A stretch of 64,000 nucleotides of DNA, from NCBI GenBank assembly GCA_965209055.1, contig OZ242374.1, positions 2,688,001 to 2,752,000 on the forward strand, written 5' to 3'. Shown here one piece after another: positions 40,842 to 49,942 of this stretch. The DNA comes from Acidobacteriota bacterium (GTDB taxonomy: Bacteria > Acidobacteriota > UBA6911 > RPQK01 > JAJDTT01). How positions within the stretch are numbered: the first letter of the stretch is position 1; each line of letters starts with the position of its first letter. A program made the translations under genes and the position numbers. The notes under the pieces were generated by a model. The model searched no databases and had not been told where the DNA came from. It saw nothing but the letters and a program-made list of their open reading frames with translations.

Positions 40842-41056
40842 CGGTGCGGATGGGCCAGCCTAATGTCGATCCGGCCAACCCGCCGGGTAAACATGCAGGT
40901 TGGCAGTTCGGTCCGGCTCGACCTCGACACGCTTGGTCAGGCTGCTCCATACGGTGCAATCCTAAGCCAGGTCGGGACTCTCCGAGGTCTGCCGTTGGCA
41001 GTTGATATTCTTGAGAGAAGTAGGACTCGGCAGTGCCGAATTCTCTTGAATGGGCG

Positions 41057-41131
41057 CAAACAAAGGGGACAGTCTGTTTTTTCACGCGCTCAAACAAAGG
41101 GCAAACAAAGGGGACAGTCTGTTTCTTCACG
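41057..41131 (+). repeat. Short direct repeat CAAACAAAGGGGACAGTCTGTTT x2 (REP-like); related AAGGGGACAGTC at about 25794
   Basis: Two 23-bp copies plus a partial third CAAACAAAGGG. Confidence 0.7.
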
Positions 41132-41270
41132 TGGTTCCCGCAAAATCAGAAGCCAAGTTTCGCCGGGCGGCCCATGCCCTGGGATACGCTCTGTCCCTGC
41201 CCAGACGATCTCTTCGTTGAACTCGATGTATCCTGCGGTCGACGACCTTCGAATTCGGAGACCCTGAGCC

Positions 41271-43118
41271 ATGAGAATCGAACTGCCGTCCGCCACCGTG
41301 GAGAAAGCTCTGTCGGCACTGATGGTCCCGACCCTCAAACCCATGATGGGGTTGCTGTCGATTCCCAAGCCGCGACCGACACGGAAGGCCGGCATGGTGG
41401 AGTCCATCTTGCCCCGGCTGACTGGCAGGTCGTTGCGAGACCTGTGGAAGCGGCTCAACCGGACCCAGCAGTTGGCGGTGAAGGAAACGCTCTATGGTCT
41501 GGAGGGCCGATTCAACGCCCAACGGTTTCGCGCCAAGTACGGAGTGCTGCCGAGGGGTATCGACCGGGGCGAAACTGAGAAACCGACCCTGTTGCACTTG
41601 TTTCTCTACCCGCCGGACGGCGAACGGTATCGTCCCCCGACCACCATTCCCAGCGACCTCCGGAAGCAGCTCCGGGAGTTTGTTCCCGAGCCGGAGTTCC
41701 CGACCGTCGCCTCGGTGGAGGAAGCTCCGGATTTCGTCGATCGGCGCCGGAGCGGATTTGTTCCCAAGGGGCAGAAACCGAAGTTCGACAGAGTGCCCCT
41801 GAATTGCCGCAACATGGAGCAGGCTGCGGCGTACGACCTGCTTGCCGTGCTCCGCCTCATCGATGCCGGCAGGATCTCCGTCAGCAGGAAGACCCGGCGC
41901 GCGTCCGCGGTCTCCGTGCGGCGCGTCGCGGAGGTGCTTTACGACGGCGACTTTTACGACCCGACCGAGAAGAGGAAGCGGTGGACCCAGTTCGTCGGCC
42001 CCATCCGGTCCTTCGGCTGGCCCTGGTTGGTGCAGGCCGGCAAGCTGGCCCAGTTGCGCGGCTCCAAGCTGACGTTAACCAAGGCCGGACGCGCGGCCTT
42101 CACGGCTCTGCCCGCCGAGACCCTCCGCCGGACCTGGAAAGGCTGGCTGAAGAACACCCTGTTGGACGAGTTCAGCCGAGTGGAGGAGATCAAGGGGCAG
42201 ACCCGGGGCCGGGGCAAGCGGACGATGACCGCGCCGCGCAACCGCCGGCCCTGGGTCGACGAGGCGCTCGCGGAATGTCCGGTCGGCCGGTGGGTTCAGG
42301 TGGACGAGTTCTTTCGGTTTATGCAGGCGGCGGAACTGGACTTCAGCGTCACGCGGTATCCCTGGCACCTCTACCTCGGCGGGCCGGAGCACGGGAGCTT
42401 CGGGCTTGCCGGTGATCAGAGTTGGAACGCGCTCCAGGGGCGATATGTCCTGTGCCTGTTGTTCGAGTACGCGGCAACCCTGGGCTTGGTGGACGTGGCG
42501 TTCACCGACCCGCGCGGCGCGCGGCGCGACTACATTGACCTGTGGGGCGGCGATGATCTGGAGTTCCTCAGCCGGTACGATGGTCTGGAGTATTTTCGAC
42601 TCAATCCGCTCGGCGCCTATTGCCTCGATCAGGCCGACAGTTACGAGCCGGCCGCGCCTCCGGTCCGAACGGCGCTGACCCTGTTTACCGACCTTCGCGT
42701 GCAGTCGACGGCGCCGCTGCGGCCAGAAGAACGTGTGCTGCTGGAGACCTATGCCAAGACCGTGTCGGACGGCGTCTGGCGTCTGGATCTCTCTCGAGCC
42801 ATGTCGGCCGTGGAAAGCGGCCAGGATGTGGCGCAATTGAGGGAGTTTCTCACCGCGCGCGAAGATCAGCCCCTGCCGGACCGGGTGGAAGGGTTTTTCC
42901 GCCGTGTCGAGCAGGGATCGCGAGCCCTGACCGCGAAGGGACAGGCCCTGATCATCGAATGCGCGGACAAGGCGATCGCCGACCGTATCGTGGCCGATCC
43001 GCGGGCTACCAAGCACTGCATCCGTGCCGGCCCGCGCCGGCTCGTCGTTGCCACAAGATCCGAGGCGGCGTTTCGGAAGGCGGCGCATGCCTTGGGGTAC
43101 GCGTTTTCCGTACGGTGA
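41271..43118 (+). CDS. Protein with C-terminal helicase-associated (XPB/Helicase_C_3-like) domain
   Basis: 615 aa; LFEYAATLGLVDV, LSRYDGL, WRLD...AVESG...LREFL...PLP. Confidence 0.7.
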   Translation: MRIELPSATVEKALSALMVPTLKPMMGLLSIPKPRPTRKAGMVESILPRLTGRSLRDLWKRLNRTQQLAVKETLYGLEGRFNAQRFRAKYGVLPRGIDRGETEKPTLLHLFLYPPDGERYRPPTTIPSDLRKQLREFVPEPEFPTVASVEEAPDFVDRRRSGFVPKGQKPKFDRVPLNCRNMEQAAAYDLLAVLRLIDAGRISVSRKTRRASAVSVRRVAEVLYDGDFYDPTEKRKRWTQFVGPIRSFGWPWLVQAGKLAQLRGSKLTLTKAGRAAFTALPAETLRRTWKGWLKNTLLDEFSRVEEIKGQTRGRGKRTMTAPRNRRPWVDEALAECPVGRWVQVDEFFRFMQAAELDFSVTRYPWHLYLGGPEHGSFGLAGDQSWNALQGRYVLCLLFEYAATLGLVDVAFTDPRGARRDYIDLWGGDDLEFLSRYDGLEYFRLNPLGAYCLDQADSYEPAAPPVRTALTLFTDLRVQSTAPLRPEERVLLETYAKTVSDGVWRLDLSRAMSAVESGQDVAQLREFLTAREDQPLPDRVEGFFRRVEQGSRALTAKGQALIIECADKAIADRIVADPRATKHCIRAGPRRLVVATRSEAAFRKAAHALGYAFSVR

Positions 43119-43133
43119 CGGCTGCACCGGAGT

Positions 43134-43547
43134 TTATCTGAGCACTTCAAACGCGAACGTGCGGCCGCGACCGTAACGGTAAATTGCGAAATCGCTGTCG
43201 AAGGTGATCACACGGGAGATGCCGAGTCGCTCCATGAGCGCGAAGGAGGTGCGGTCGACCACGGAAAAGTCCTGGTCCGGAAACCGTTCTCCGATCGCCC
43301 ATGCGGCTTCAAGGTCAGCGCTGCTGGTCAGCTCGACCTTTGCCACTCCGCTTCTCAGGCCATCCCAGAAGGTTTCCGCCGCATTGGTGGAAATGAAATG
43401 GTGGATGAGGCGCCAGGTTTCAACCAGAACGTGGTCACTCGTGACGAGCGGTTCTTCCGTCGACAGCAGTCGCTTCGCACGGCCATTGTATAGATCGCTC
43501 CGATCGGCGGCCGCATACCAGGCTGAGCTGTCCACAAAGATACTCAT
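43134..43547 (-). CDS. vapC: VapC PIN-domain toxin
   Basis: IFVDSSAWYA, VLVETW, FSVVDRTSF, TFDSDF. Confidence 0.92.
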   Translation of the reverse strand: MSIFVDSSAWYAAADRSDLYNGRAKRLLSTEEPLVTSDHVLVETWRLIHHFISTNAAETFWDGLRSGVAKVELTSSADLEAAWAIGERFPDQDFSVVDRTSFALMERLGISRVITFDSDFAIYRYGRGRTFAFEVLR

Positions 43548-43804
43548 GACGAGTCAGCCCCTCGGCGTTTGCGCGCGGCAATCGCTGCCGCGATCATACG
43601 GGACTTTTCTGATGCGATGTCCGTCCGCCCGGAGGAGCCGAGATCGAAGACTTTGGATCGATCGGTATTCCTGGGGGGCTGGGACAAGTCCCGGTCCACC
43701 AACCGGCGTATGTATTCCGCAAGTGAGATGCCCAGATCGGCTGCCCTTACACGAACCATGGTGTGAACCTCGGAACTAAGAGAAATCTGCGTTCGAACCA
43801 TCAT
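43544..43804 (-). CDS. vapB: RHH antitoxin
   Basis: MVRTQISL...GISLAEYIRRLV; ATGA overlap with vapC. Confidence 0.88.
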   Translation of the reverse strand: MMVRTQISLSSEVHTMVRVRAADLGISLAEYIRRLVDRDLSQPPRNTDRSKVFDLGSSGRTDIASEKSRMIAAAIAARKRRGADSS

Positions 43805-43811
43805 TATAGTG

Positions 43812-43842
43812 ACATCATAACATCACCATAATGATGTATCAA
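43812..43842 (-). promoter_or_regulatory. vapBC promoter with overlapping inverted-repeat operator
   Basis: TTGATA-17-TATGAT on the minus strand; ACATCAT...ATGATGT palindrome. Confidence 0.7.
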
Positions 43843-44388
43843 TCCGGGCTTTGCCGTCTGGGAAAAGCCCGAATTCCAATGGTCTGACATCGGCATCCCG
43901 CTTGTCTTGTCGGGTTGTGCACATACACTACAAACGAAATATGCAAGGAAAACGCGACCCGGATCCCAAAATGAACTTCCACCCCGGGCTGAGCTTCAGC
44001 CGGGACGAGTATTTGCGCCGGTACCGGCTGGTGATGGACGGAATCCGGAAGGCGGGCGTCGACGCCCTGCTGGTTCGGGGACCCGAGAACATCACCTACC
44101 TCACCGGCTACGAAACCCCCGGCTACTACGGTTACCACTGCCTGATCCTGGTTCCGGGAGAGTCTCCGGTCCTGGTCGGCCGGAGGTTGGAGGTCGGGAC
44201 CAACGTCCCCGAGTTCTCCTGGTTGACCGAGGTCGCTCCGGTGGAGGACGACGAGGTGCCGGTGGAGGTCACCATCCGGACTCTTTCCCGGATGGGCCTG
44301 GCGCGGAAGCGTCTGGGGATCGAATCGGAAGGGGATTATATACTGAATTTGATAGCCCTTGACCCTGCCTCAGCGCTGAGATAGGGTG

Positions 44389-44481
44389 GAGAAAACGTGG
44401 CCCGCAACCGTCGCCTGTTCCTACGGGGAAACGCTCTATCCAGCGCAGGAGTTAACGTACATCGAGGCGCCACGTTTTCTC
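44389..44481. ncRNA. Structured RNA hairpin family 1, copy A
   Basis: 13-bp closing stem GAGAAAACGTGGC/GCCACGTTTTCTC; shares CCGCAACCGTCGCC and GGAGTTAACGTAnATCGAGGC with 51302-51394. Confidence 0.55.
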
Positions 44482-44727
44482 GCTTTGTCCCCTCCTATTT
44501 GACCGCAAGGGCCAAAATCCGATAGGGTGGGAAGGACGGGACAGGCTGCAACACGATTGACGACCCTGCCCCTTCCGTATTGGGGAGGCGAGATCGTACT
44601 CGAAACCTGTGCCCGTCCTTCAAGCGACGGGGCGTGACATTCGAAACCCTGTCTGCCGACGTATCCAGCTCGTCGGCCCTATCCAGGGCAGAGTCGATAA
44701 ACACCGTAGCCCCGTCCCCTCAGGAAT

Positions 44728-44796
44728 GGGGAGCACAAACACCAAGGCTCACACTAACGCAATTAGGCTTGGAGCATCAGTCATTTAAGGCTCCCC
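44728..44796. ncRNA. Structured RNA hairpin family 2, copy A
   Basis: GGGGAG...CTCCCC closing stem; near-identical to 46526-46595 except in the apical region. Confidence 0.55.
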
Positions 44797-45064
44797 GTCC
44801 CTTCCCCGTGAGAACCTGAGCACGACCGAACCAGACCCCACACCTCGCGGGAACACTGGCGAGGACGACAATGACAACGACGAATCAGATTCTCACCACA
44901 GTTCTATAATACGCCCGCCACCTCAAACTTGTCACCCTTCCTCGCTATGCTACCGGACGAAGGGGTCGGGGTGCCTCATGGTGAGGCTGCAGTATTACAC
45001 TCGAAGTCAATCTTGAGGGATAGGATTTCGTGACTTGATGGCCTCGACCCCCTTCTGACTCGTC

Positions 45065-45268
45065 ATGCAAAAGGTCTACGACGAATCGGTCGGTTCGATG
45101 AGTGGGGAGAGATGCGACGTGCCGGGCCGTTATGAGTCGTGCTGTGCTCACCGGGAAGTCAAGTTGATTCGTCGGGGAGAGTTGTTTCCGATCTGTCATC
45201 GTTGTCGTCGGTCGCTGTTCTGGCGTCTCATTCAGAGGATCGACGATGGTCAGCGCAGCGAGAGTTAA
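45065..45268 (+). CDS. Small YjzC-like zinc-ribbon protein (start 45065 or 45098)
   Basis: SGERCDVPGRY-x-CC...RGELFPICHRC...W pattern. Confidence 0.55.
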   Translation: MQKVYDESVGSMSGERCDVPGRYESCCAHREVKLIRRGELFPICHRCRRSLFWRLIQRIDDGQRSES

Positions 45269-45296
45269 AATTGAATTTACTAAGGAGAAGTTAAAC

Positions 45297-45506
45297 ATGA
45301 AGGAAAATCCTGTTCGTCAGTATATTATTGTTCATGACTATGACATTAAGACTCAAGTTATAGCGGATGATCTGACTTATATTACCGATGATAATGATAT
45401 GATGACAGTAACACTCAAATTGAAAGGTGAAACGGTAGGGCATTTTACTAATGTTAAGAATTGGGTCCGGCAAGACCTGACGACCAATGTAGAAGACGAT
45501 ACTTAG
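45297..45506 (+). CDS. Small AT-rich hypothetical protein
   Basis: TAAGGAG RBS; 69 aa; beta-strand-like pattern. Confidence 0.6.
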   Translation: MKENPVRQYIIVHDYDIKTQVIADDLTYITDDNDMMTVTLKLKGETVGHFTNVKNWVRQDLTTNVEDDT

Positions 45507-45548
45507 TACTTGCCTTATCGTCCCTTGCTCAAATAGAATAAACGGCAA

Positions 45549-46109
45549 ATGATGAGCGAGGAATTTCACGAAGAGGATTTCCCTTCCATTGACGATGCTT
45601 ACAAGCTCGCTATGGAGTTCTACGCTTTCGCAATTCAACGGGCTGATGCACTAGACGCGAGAATTCAGTCTGTCATGTCCTTTTCTAGTGCAGTTACGTT
45701 TGCGCTTCCCTTAGCAATCCACAACCTCAGTTTGGACATAAATTCCAACTGGACCCTCGTCTTGGCCGCCTTGATTCTCATAGAGTTAGGTGTCTACTTG
45801 GCGGGCCGTTTCTTTGTGGGTTGGGGGAAATTGGAGGTACTGAGTCCTCTGAAGATTTACAATCAGCATCTACGAAAGGCCCCGGCCGAGTTCAAGAAGG
45901 ACATGATCTACTACGCCGGGCAGTCCTGGGACGAGAACAACCGAAAGATACTGACGCCACGCTGGCGACTAACAGTTACTCTTTCTTTGGTCTTGGCGAC
46001 GAAGGTACTGTTGTTCTTCGCGTGGGTGTTCTATCACTTCTCGTCTCCTCTGTCGGCCGGGGAGCCTGCGGAGGTGGCGGTGGTGGGGCTGAGTCTCCTT
46101 TTTTCATAG
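45549..46109 (+). CDS. 3-TM membrane protein with PycTM/DUF5706-like architecture
   Basis: N-terminal helix RADALDARIQ, TM1-TM2, soluble loop ending ENNRK...RWR, TM3. Confidence 0.6.
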   Translation: MMSEEFHEEDFPSIDDAYKLAMEFYAFAIQRADALDARIQSVMSFSSAVTFALPLAIHNLSLDINSNWTLVLAALILIELGVYLAGRFFVGWGKLEVLSPLKIYNQHLRKAPAEFKKDMIYYAGQSWDENNRKILTPRWRLTVTLSLVLATKVLLFFAWVFYHFSSPLSAGEPAEVAVVGLSLLFS

Positions 46110-46161
46110 CGACAAACCTAGCAGACTTCTGAGTAGTACGCAAGACAGTCTCTTACTTCCC

Positions 46162-46416
46162 TCATTGCTTCTTGACCACCTCAAATCCGAGTCGTTTGAT
46201 CAGAGGAACAGCCTCGTCTGGCGAGAAGTCGCGAGGATGTAGGCTCACTCTAGGGGCGCGTTTTATGGCCTCCGTCACGACATATTTCAACGGGTAGAGC
46301 CTGCGGCCTGATTTGATCCACCAAGCCTTGGCACCACGTATACGGGGCCAGGGCTCGTCTATCGCCTTCAACGCCTTTTCTACGTGATTCCTCTCGATCC
46401 CATCGAATTTGGCCAT
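46162..46416 (-). CDS. Stand-alone ScoMcrA-type N-terminal domain protein
   Basis: IERNHVEKAL...RLYPLKYVV..A...FSPDEA..L..LGFEV; GAGGAG RBS. Confidence 0.65.
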   Translation of the reverse strand: MAKFDGIERNHVEKALKAIDEPWPRIRGAKAWWIKSGRRLYPLKYVVTEAIKRAPRVSLHPRDFSPDEAVPLIKRLGFEVVKKQ

Positions 46417-46525
46417 CTTCAGCTCCTCTCAATTGGTAAGGCTACGCAGACCTCCGGCTAAGTCCATTTTCGAATGCTCAAAAATTAGTCGGAGTTTCTG
46501 CTAAGGTGGGGGGTGAGAAGAAGAC

Positions 46526-46595
46526 GGGGAGTACAAAAACCAAGGCTCACACTAACCACAATTAGACATGGAGCATCAGTCATTTAAGGCTCCCC
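46526..46595. ncRNA. Structured RNA hairpin family 2, copy B
   Basis: Shares ACCAAGGCTCACACTAAC and TGGAGCATCAGTCATTTAAGGCTCCCCG with copy A. Confidence 0.55.
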
Positions 46596-46736
46596 GCCTC
46601 TCAGAGAGCGCGCCCGATAACCATGCCAGCCCACAATCCAAAGCAAAGCTGGTGAGTGCTATTGAGGGGCGACGCCTCATCAACAACTTCATACTACGCC
46701 ACAGCACAACGAAAAAGCGACCCTTCGGCCATGGCC

Positions 46737-48029
46737 TCAAGGCTCTCGACAGGGACAATCTGACGGCGATACGACTTCAGATTCCCCGTTGTTGACTTCA
46801 ACCCAAGTACTCTCGTTCCCAACAAGATTCGGTTGGGCTGGGATCCTGCCGGTAAATCCTTCCTTACGTCTGTACCAGACATGATGGCGCCACCAGAGCG
46901 GAGTGTAAGAGACGTGCAATTCAACGCCCCGTTCCATGAGCGCATGGACGACAGACGCCGATTTTGCTTTGATAGTCTCCCCCGTCCAATCGCTACGGGA
47001 ATCCCGTTTGTAGTCGAGCTCGACGACCGCGACACAACCGAGTGGGCCTCCAGACTCGACATAATGCGTCTGGTGACTCATATAGTAGTCACTCTCTGAA
47101 TGAGAACCCACGGACATATCAGCAATATGCATGCCGTCTTCGACCCATGCGGGATTGCCATTCAGTTTTTGCTGAATGGCCATTTCCCAACCCTTCTCAG
47201 GTGTCGCTGGCGTGCCCCCGAAATAACAACCGTCGGTGCCATTGATCCCAGCTTTCAGACAAATGTCACGCCAATCGGCAGGAGGGCAGTTGCCTTCGCT
47301 AAGACTGGGCGGTCCGTCCCAGAATCGGGGCTCGGACGCCGCATGCCAACGGGCGTTCCCATGCTCAGGGGCAAACGCCTCGACGACTGCGACCTTATAT
47401 CCCCAGTGATGCTCGTCATCGTGCAGTTTGACCACCCATCGTCTGAACTGAGAGACGACCCGTTGTTGTCCATCTAATGGTGGAAGACTGCCCCCACGAA
47501 CGCCGAACAATGTCTCGACCTGGCCTATGAACCCGTAGAAGATTCTGGCGCAGTTCTCTGTCTTCACTACGTCATGGGGGGCAGCGATTGGCGCTTTCGT
47601 AGTCGTAACGTCTTCACACTCGACCTTTGTACGCCAGCCTCCCATGCCAGCTTGTACAACGTGTCTGCCAGGGTCCCAGGTCGTAACGAGTGGATCGGGG
47701 AATGGGATGTTTACAACCGCGAAAAAATGACCGTCGTCAGTACGCATGACACGCCACTGCTCGATCCCTGCGCAACGTTCCGTGCCATTCCTCAGAGTGC
47801 CAATCATGCCCTCCTCGAAGTAGTCGGGCAGTGCGAGAAAGCCCTCGCATTGGTACACGCCATGAGGCAACGGGCCGTAAGCCGTCTCGAAGGCAAACCC
47901 GTTTCCAATAAGACGATTGCCTTGCTGTTCCGTAGTCGTGGCGAGGGAAACGAACGATATGCCGGACGACTCACCCCCTATTCCCATCAATATCAGGAGC
48001 GAAATAAACGACACTCTCACGAATTTCAT
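46737..48029 (-). CDS. Secreted Cys/Trp-rich hypothetical protein
   Basis: Signal peptide, GGAGGAGG RBS, ATGA overlap with the upstream gene. Confidence 0.75.
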   Translation of the reverse strand: MKFVRVSFISLLILMGIGGESSGISFVSLATTTEQQGNRLIGNGFAFETAYGPLPHGVYQCEGFLALPDYFEEGMIGTLRNGTERCAGIEQWRVMRTDDGHFFAVVNIPFPDPLVTTWDPGRHVVQAGMGGWRTKVECEDVTTTKAPIAAPHDVVKTENCARIFYGFIGQVETLFGVRGGSLPPLDGQQRVVSQFRRWVVKLHDDEHHWGYKVAVVEAFAPEHGNARWHAASEPRFWDGPPSLSEGNCPPADWRDICLKAGINGTDGCYFGGTPATPEKGWEMAIQQKLNGNPAWVEDGMHIADMSVGSHSESDYYMSHQTHYVESGGPLGCVAVVELDYKRDSRSDWTGETIKAKSASVVHALMERGVELHVSYTPLWWRHHVWYRRKEGFTGRIPAQPNLVGNESTWVEVNNGESEVVSPSDCPCREP

Positions 48030-48505
48030 TCCCTCCTCCACTCCAACTCGTCAACCTGAGTCTCTAGGTTATTGATTTGCGATTTCAAACGGCGCATTCG
48101 CGCTTGTAATATCGAATTCTGAGCGCGGAGAAACTGCGCCGACTCGAACCCCGTCAGGAACTCCCGGAATTGATAATGACGCACGTCTTTGCCTGAGAAG
48201 TACGCTTTGACTGTGCGTAGGGTGTTTGCAGAGACGGCAAGGGCCGAGCCGTAGGCAATTCCGATTTCCTTGTCGTCAGAATCGAGAATCGTGAAGACAA
48301 CGGCGACAAGCGGCTGATTCCGTCCCCAGCGCCCGTTCTTTATCGTTCCTGTGATCGTGATTCCCGATTCATGGCGTTCGGGTTGATGGGCAATCAACTC
48401 CAAGTGATTTGGGCCACGGAATCCGAGGAAGACAAGCAAAAAGACAACGCCAAATCCAACTACGCTCGCCGAGATGAAAAGTGAGTGTAGTTTCAGCTTC
48501 TTCAT
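48026..48505 (-). CDS. Membrane-anchored FxLYD-like domain protein
   Basis: N-terminal TM, ITGTIKN...VVFTILDSDDKEIG, C-terminal coiled coil. Confidence 0.65.
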   Translation of the reverse strand: MKKLKLHSLFISASVVGFGVVFLLVFLGFRGPNHLELIAHQPERHESGITITGTIKNGRWGRNQPLVAVVFTILDSDDKEIGIAYGSALAVSANTLRTVKAYFSGKDVRHYQFREFLTGFESAQFLRAQNSILQARMRRLKSQINNLETQVDELEWRRE

Positions 48506-48704
48506 AGCGTCTCTTGAATAGGATTCGATTTTCTGGCAGGCTCAAAGAGTTGGGGGTGGGAAGAGGCCAGCCCCCCGAATTGTAACGGGACTGGCCGTAC
48601 CAGAACCCCCTTTCGTCCGGGCATCCGTAACGCTCGACGAATGGGGGCAGTCATTACCTGCTTCCCACAATTGAAATTACGATACGCCACACACCTTGAT
48701 TTTG

Positions 48705-49718
48705 TCATCCTGTCGTCAACGCCAGTAACTCTCTGAGCAATTCGACCAACCGACGAAGGCGCTTGGCGTCCTCTTGATCCTGAGTGTCGGGAATCTGTGC
48801 GATGCCATCCTCTGACGGTCTGTGCGTCTCGAACCAGCCCTGAAACTCGCGAAATAGAGAGACCGTCGTCTCGCCACAAGACGTGACTGCCGAGTCCCAC
48901 GCTGTTTGAAACGTATTTTCCTGCGTGAGAAGTACGTCCTTGTAGAAATTCTCGCCACACCGCTCTTCAACGAAGACCAGGAACAGCCAAGGCTGCCGAT
49001 ACACGCCCCCGAATGAGACCATGGGCGTCGTGCCGACTCCCCAGCAACAGGCGTAGGACTGGGGACGCTCCCCGTCGATTTTGTCCAAGAGCAATTCGAA
49101 CATCTCGTCCCTGTCCGGGCTGTCTCTCCAGCCGTACAGTTCAGCGCCTCCATCTAAGAACCAACTTGGAAATTGGTACGATTGAATGGTCTGCCCCCAT
49201 CCCAGCCGATCCACCATGATTCTGTCCCTCAATGTGTACTGAAGATGGTGGAAGGTTTCGTGCACCACGTTTTTGGCAACGACCGAGTCTGTGTCTTGGG
49301 CCTGTCCAAGTGCTGTCGGCAGGGTGTCGTTAGTCTCAATATGCTCGGTGATCGAACCTGTCGCCGGAAGTCCGATCCACGGGGCGTTGCCGCTGTAATG
49401 AATGGCCTCTCCGATGAGCGCGGTCCACACCGCGCCTGTTTCGTGTCGAAACGTCTCCCCAACGGGTACCAGGTAGATATCGAGTTGCGGCAAAATAATG
49501 GCGTACTCGTCTTCGGCCACTTCGAAGGTGTAGTCGGCCCATTCATGGACGAGTTCGAGGTCGGCCTCATACCGGTCCCGATAGAAGATCGTGTAGGCGT
49601 GCTCGTCGCTTGACGACTCAGACCATCCATCATCGAGTGACGACTGTGAAAATCCTGGAGAGGCGACGAGAATCGAGAGAAAAAGGATGCAGGTCAGGCG
49701 CTGTGCGAATTGAGTCAT
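48705..49718 (-). CDS. Secreted HExxH zinc metallopeptidase (MA/gluzincin-like)
   Basis: Signal peptide from MTQF; VVHETFHHLQ and PSWFLDGGAE. Confidence 0.8.
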   Translation of the reverse strand: MTQFAQRLTCILFLSILVASPGFSQSSLDDGWSESSSDEHAYTIFYRDRYEADLELVHEWADYTFEVAEDEYAIILPQLDIYLVPVGETFRHETGAVWTALIGEAIHYSGNAPWIGLPATGSITEHIETNDTLPTALGQAQDTDSVVAKNVVHETFHHLQYTLRDRIMVDRLGWGQTIQSYQFPSWFLDGGAELYGWRDSPDRDEMFELLLDKIDGERPQSYACCWGVGTTPMVSFGGVYRQPWLFLVFVEERCGENFYKDVLLTQENTFQTAWDSAVTSCGETTVSLFREFQGWFETHRPSEDGIAQIPDTQDQEDAKRLRRLVELLRELLALTTG

Positions 49719-49731
49719 GACAAATCCCCTC

Positions 49732-49800
49732 ATTGTGGTCGAGACGCGGGGGCTTGTCAACGTGGAATTTCTAATACGAAGTAATTCCTTCGTATTAGAA
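49732..49800 (-). promoter_or_regulatory. Sigma70 promoter of the peptidase gene plus upstream 13-bp perfect inverted repeat
   Basis: TTGACA(49755-60)-17-CACAAT(49732-37); TTCTAATACGAAG-6-CTTCGTATTAGAA (49769-49800). Confidence 0.65.
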
Positions 49801-49868
49801 TTCTCATGTGTTAGAATCTCCAACGATGCGCTCGGCTGATAGACTGTCGTACGTGATTGAAGAGAAGG

Positions 49869-49942
49869 CGGCCCCGGCCAGATTCGAACTGACGACCTCC
49901 GTGTTCGGCAAACCGGCGCTCTTTCCACTGAGCTACGGGGAC
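49869..49942 (-). tRNA. Atypical tRNA: Arg-like body, 18-nt anticodon arm (GCC with a bulged A, or 8-nt loop GCCG)
   Basis: GTCCCCG TA GCTC AGTGGAAA GAGC G CCGGT TTGCCGA AC(A)CGG AGGTC GTCAG TTCGAAT CTGGC CGGGGCC G; A20, G73; no encoded CCA. Confidence 0.75.

Noticed and set aside
41057-41131. CRISPR array
   Set aside because: Only two short repeats, no regular spacers and no cas genes anywhere in the window.
44728-44796. Hammerhead ribozyme (minus-strand CUGAUG) or yybP riboswitch (GGGGAGUA)
   Set aside because: No CUGANGA/GAAA core geometry, and the remaining yybP consensus is absent.
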